A stretch of 64,000 nucleotides of DNA from Flaccisagitta enflata. Lineage: Eukaryota. Under the pieces are notes generated by a model, which saw only the letters and a list, made by a program, of their open reading frames with translations, did no database searches and had not been told where the DNA came from. This document shows positions 61,659 to 64,000 of the stretch, one piece after another; within the stretch, counting starts at the first letter, position 1, and every line of letters starts with the position of its first letter. The stretch spans positions 1,364,001-1,428,000 of the forward strand of contig OZ231126.1 in NCBI GenBank assembly GCA_965153355.1. The letters run 5' to 3'. The translations under genes were made by a program, and so were the position numbers.

Positions 61659-64000
61659 TCGCCCTGGTACCGCACGCTTTTTCGAAGTGGGGCGATCTCC
61701 ATTGACTCAATGGAGGCAAACAGCGGCCAAACAACAACCCCAAGCCACAAACTTTTTTCCCAACGGTGTCGTCTCCCGCCAGCGTGTCGACGCCGCTCCC
61801 TAGCTGGCAAAAAACTTTCGTCATCTACCTCGCGTCTCTCAACTTCCTCCTCCTCCTTCTCGCCGGCGATGTCCACCCTCATCCTGGCCCTCCTCCTCCT
61901 CGTCTCCGCCCTCGCCCCATCCCTCCTCAACCAAATCCGCCGAGGATACTCCAGTTCAACTGCAACGGCCTCGGCAGTTCCAAAAATGAGCTGGAAATCT
62001 TCCTTGCCGAAGAAAACGTCAAGATCGCTTGCTTGCAAGAAACCAAACTTCGCCCGTCCACTGTCTCCAACTTCAAAAACTTTGCGTTTGTTCGCCGCGA
62101 CCGTCCAACCGGTGGCGGTGGCGGCGTTGGCATTCTCATTCATCACGACATCGAATTCTCCCCAATCGACGTCTCAGCCATCGAAAACGTCGACAACGTC
62201 GTCGAAATCATCGCCGTCAAAATTCATCTACGCAATCACCCACTCAACATCTACTGCGTCTATCTCCCACCTGCCTCCTCTTGCCCTCAGGGCTACACCC
62301 CTGACTTCGATGCAATCCTCGACCACGCCGACGGCGACGCCCTCTTCTTGGGCGACTTTAATGCCCACCACGCTAGCTGGTCATCCCTTGACGACATCCG
62401 CGGTCAACGCCTCGTTGACGCCATTGACTCCTCTAGCTTCCTCATCCTCAACGACGATGACTCAACACGCCTCCCTTCTTCCGGCCAACCCTCCTCACCC
62501 GACATCTCCGTCGCCTCCGCCCACATCTCCAGCGCCTTCTCCTGGTCCGTTCCTTCCATCTTCAACGGCTCCTTCTCCTCACGCCCTCTCAACTCCGACC
62601 ACCTCCCCATCCTCCTCGCCTTCACCGACCCGTCACTCCATCAAGACATTCCTAGCGTCCGCACACGTAAATCTTATGTCAACTTCCGTCTCGCCAACTG
62701 GTCCGGCTTCAAAAGAGATCTTGAAGAGGCGATTCCTTCCACCGCCCCTTCCTCCAGCTCCGTGGGTGAGAAAGTGCTTCGTGACGCTGTGTTATTGGCC
62801 GCCCGTAGAAATATCCCAGCGGGATATAGACGAGACTTCGTCCCTAACCTACCGCCGGCAGCAGCCGATGCCAGACAACGCCGTGATGATTTACGCGCTT
62901 CTAACCCGCACGATCCGCGAATCAACCTCCTGGATCGTGAAGTCCGCGAGGAAAGCGATAAGGCTCGCCGGGAAAGGTTTCAAAAGGAATTGGACTCAGC
63001 TGACCTTCAAAACAACCCGTCGAAATTCGCCGACATCGTCCGTCGCATTTCCGGAAAACGAATTTATCGCCCTCCCAATCAACCCATCAAATTCAAGAAC
63101 AAAATCTACACAAAACGACGTTCTATCGCAAACAGCTTTAACAAACAATACACATCTGTCGTTCAACACAAATCCGATCCCTTCGCCCGCAAAGTCCTCC
63201 GGAAGATTCGCAAACGGAAACTGGATCCGTCTTACTCGCCAATCACCGATGACGACGTTGTCGCTGCCATCAAACGCGCTAAAAACTCATCAGCCACAGG
63301 CCCTGACAATATTACGATGCTTCATCTCAAAAACTTCGGGAAGAAGGCAATTTCTTATCTCACGAAGATTTTTAATTTGTCGGTGCAGCGGGCTGAACTA
63401 CCAGCCATGTGGAAGAAGGCCGTCATCCTGCCGGTGCCTAAACCGGGGAAACCAGCTGATGAGTCACTCTCATATCGCCCTATCTCACTCCTTGCGCCGG
63501 CATCAAAGATCCTCGAAAGATGCTTATTGCCTTACTTCAACGCTTCTCTCAAACTGGCACCTTCGCAACACGGCTTCCGCGCTAATCATTCAACCATCAC
63601 TGCCCTCCAACCTCTCGTCAACCGCATCTCCACCGGCTTCAACGAGAAGAAACCACCTCAGCGCACAGCCACCGTCGCCATTGACATCAGCAAAGCGTTC
63701 GAACGCGTCGACCACCCGCTTCTCCTCGACGCCATCGCCTCAACTGACATCCATCCGAATCTCCTTCATTGGTCAGCAACATTTCTTCGCGGTCGGCAAT
63801 CATGCGTAACGTGGCAGGGCGCGACGTCGGGGTGGCGCATCTGCCGCACTGGCGTCCCCCAGGGATCTGTCCTGGGCCCTGTCTTCTTTAGCTTCTTCGT
63901 CTCGGACTGCCCCGTCGAGCAACCGTCATTTGCAGACGACTTCACTTTCAGTCGGACTGGAGTAAATCTGAATGACCTTGAACGCACGTTGCAGAACGAT
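61658..64000 (+). mobile_element. APE-type non-LTR retrotransposon (I-group/Ingi-like), apparently 5'-complete, runs off the window
   Basis: GC-rich composition shift, endonuclease plus RT ORF, and a 2A-like motif. Confidence 0.92.
61706..64000 (+). CDS. Endonuclease-reverse transcriptase polyprotein (partial; missing from the ORF track because it has no stop in the window)
   Basis: One frame gives LLLLAGDVHPHPGP; APE motifs ILQFNCNGL, ACLQETKL, GDFNAHH, SPDIS, SDHLPI; RT motifs ATGPDNI, YRPISLL, QHGFR, DISKAF, GVPQGSVLGP, FADD (63929). Confidence 0.92.

Overview
Repeat-rich animal (invertebrate-like) genomic DNA; I cannot identify the species. It contains the 3' exons of a TRPC-family cation channel on the + strand and a complete 8-exon UPF0764/C16orf89-like (DUF4735) gene on the - strand, whose last exon lies directly behind the TRP-box exon. 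A block holding both genes' 3' parts occurs twice (about 1-13325 and about 25013-39900), separated by a ~10 kb unexplained microsatellite-punctuated segment. The most striking observation is that the TRPC gene carries two alternative, frame-incompatible pore-helix/S6 modules between one S5 exon and one TRP-box exon: exon A alone, or exons B1+B2. This implies mutually exclusive splicing that swaps the whole pore. The window ends with an 80-bp tandem array abutting an apparently full-length APE-RT non-LTR retrotransposon, which has a 2A-like motif and a candidate HDV-like 5' fold. A second copy of the 80-bp array ends at the same CACAGTG base, at the duplication breakpoint. Many MITEs, foldback elements, HINE/DINE-1-like elements, minisatellites and microsatellites are present. 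Most ORFs in the supplied track are repeat artefacts. All exon models were derived by eye from splice signals, phase and family motifs.
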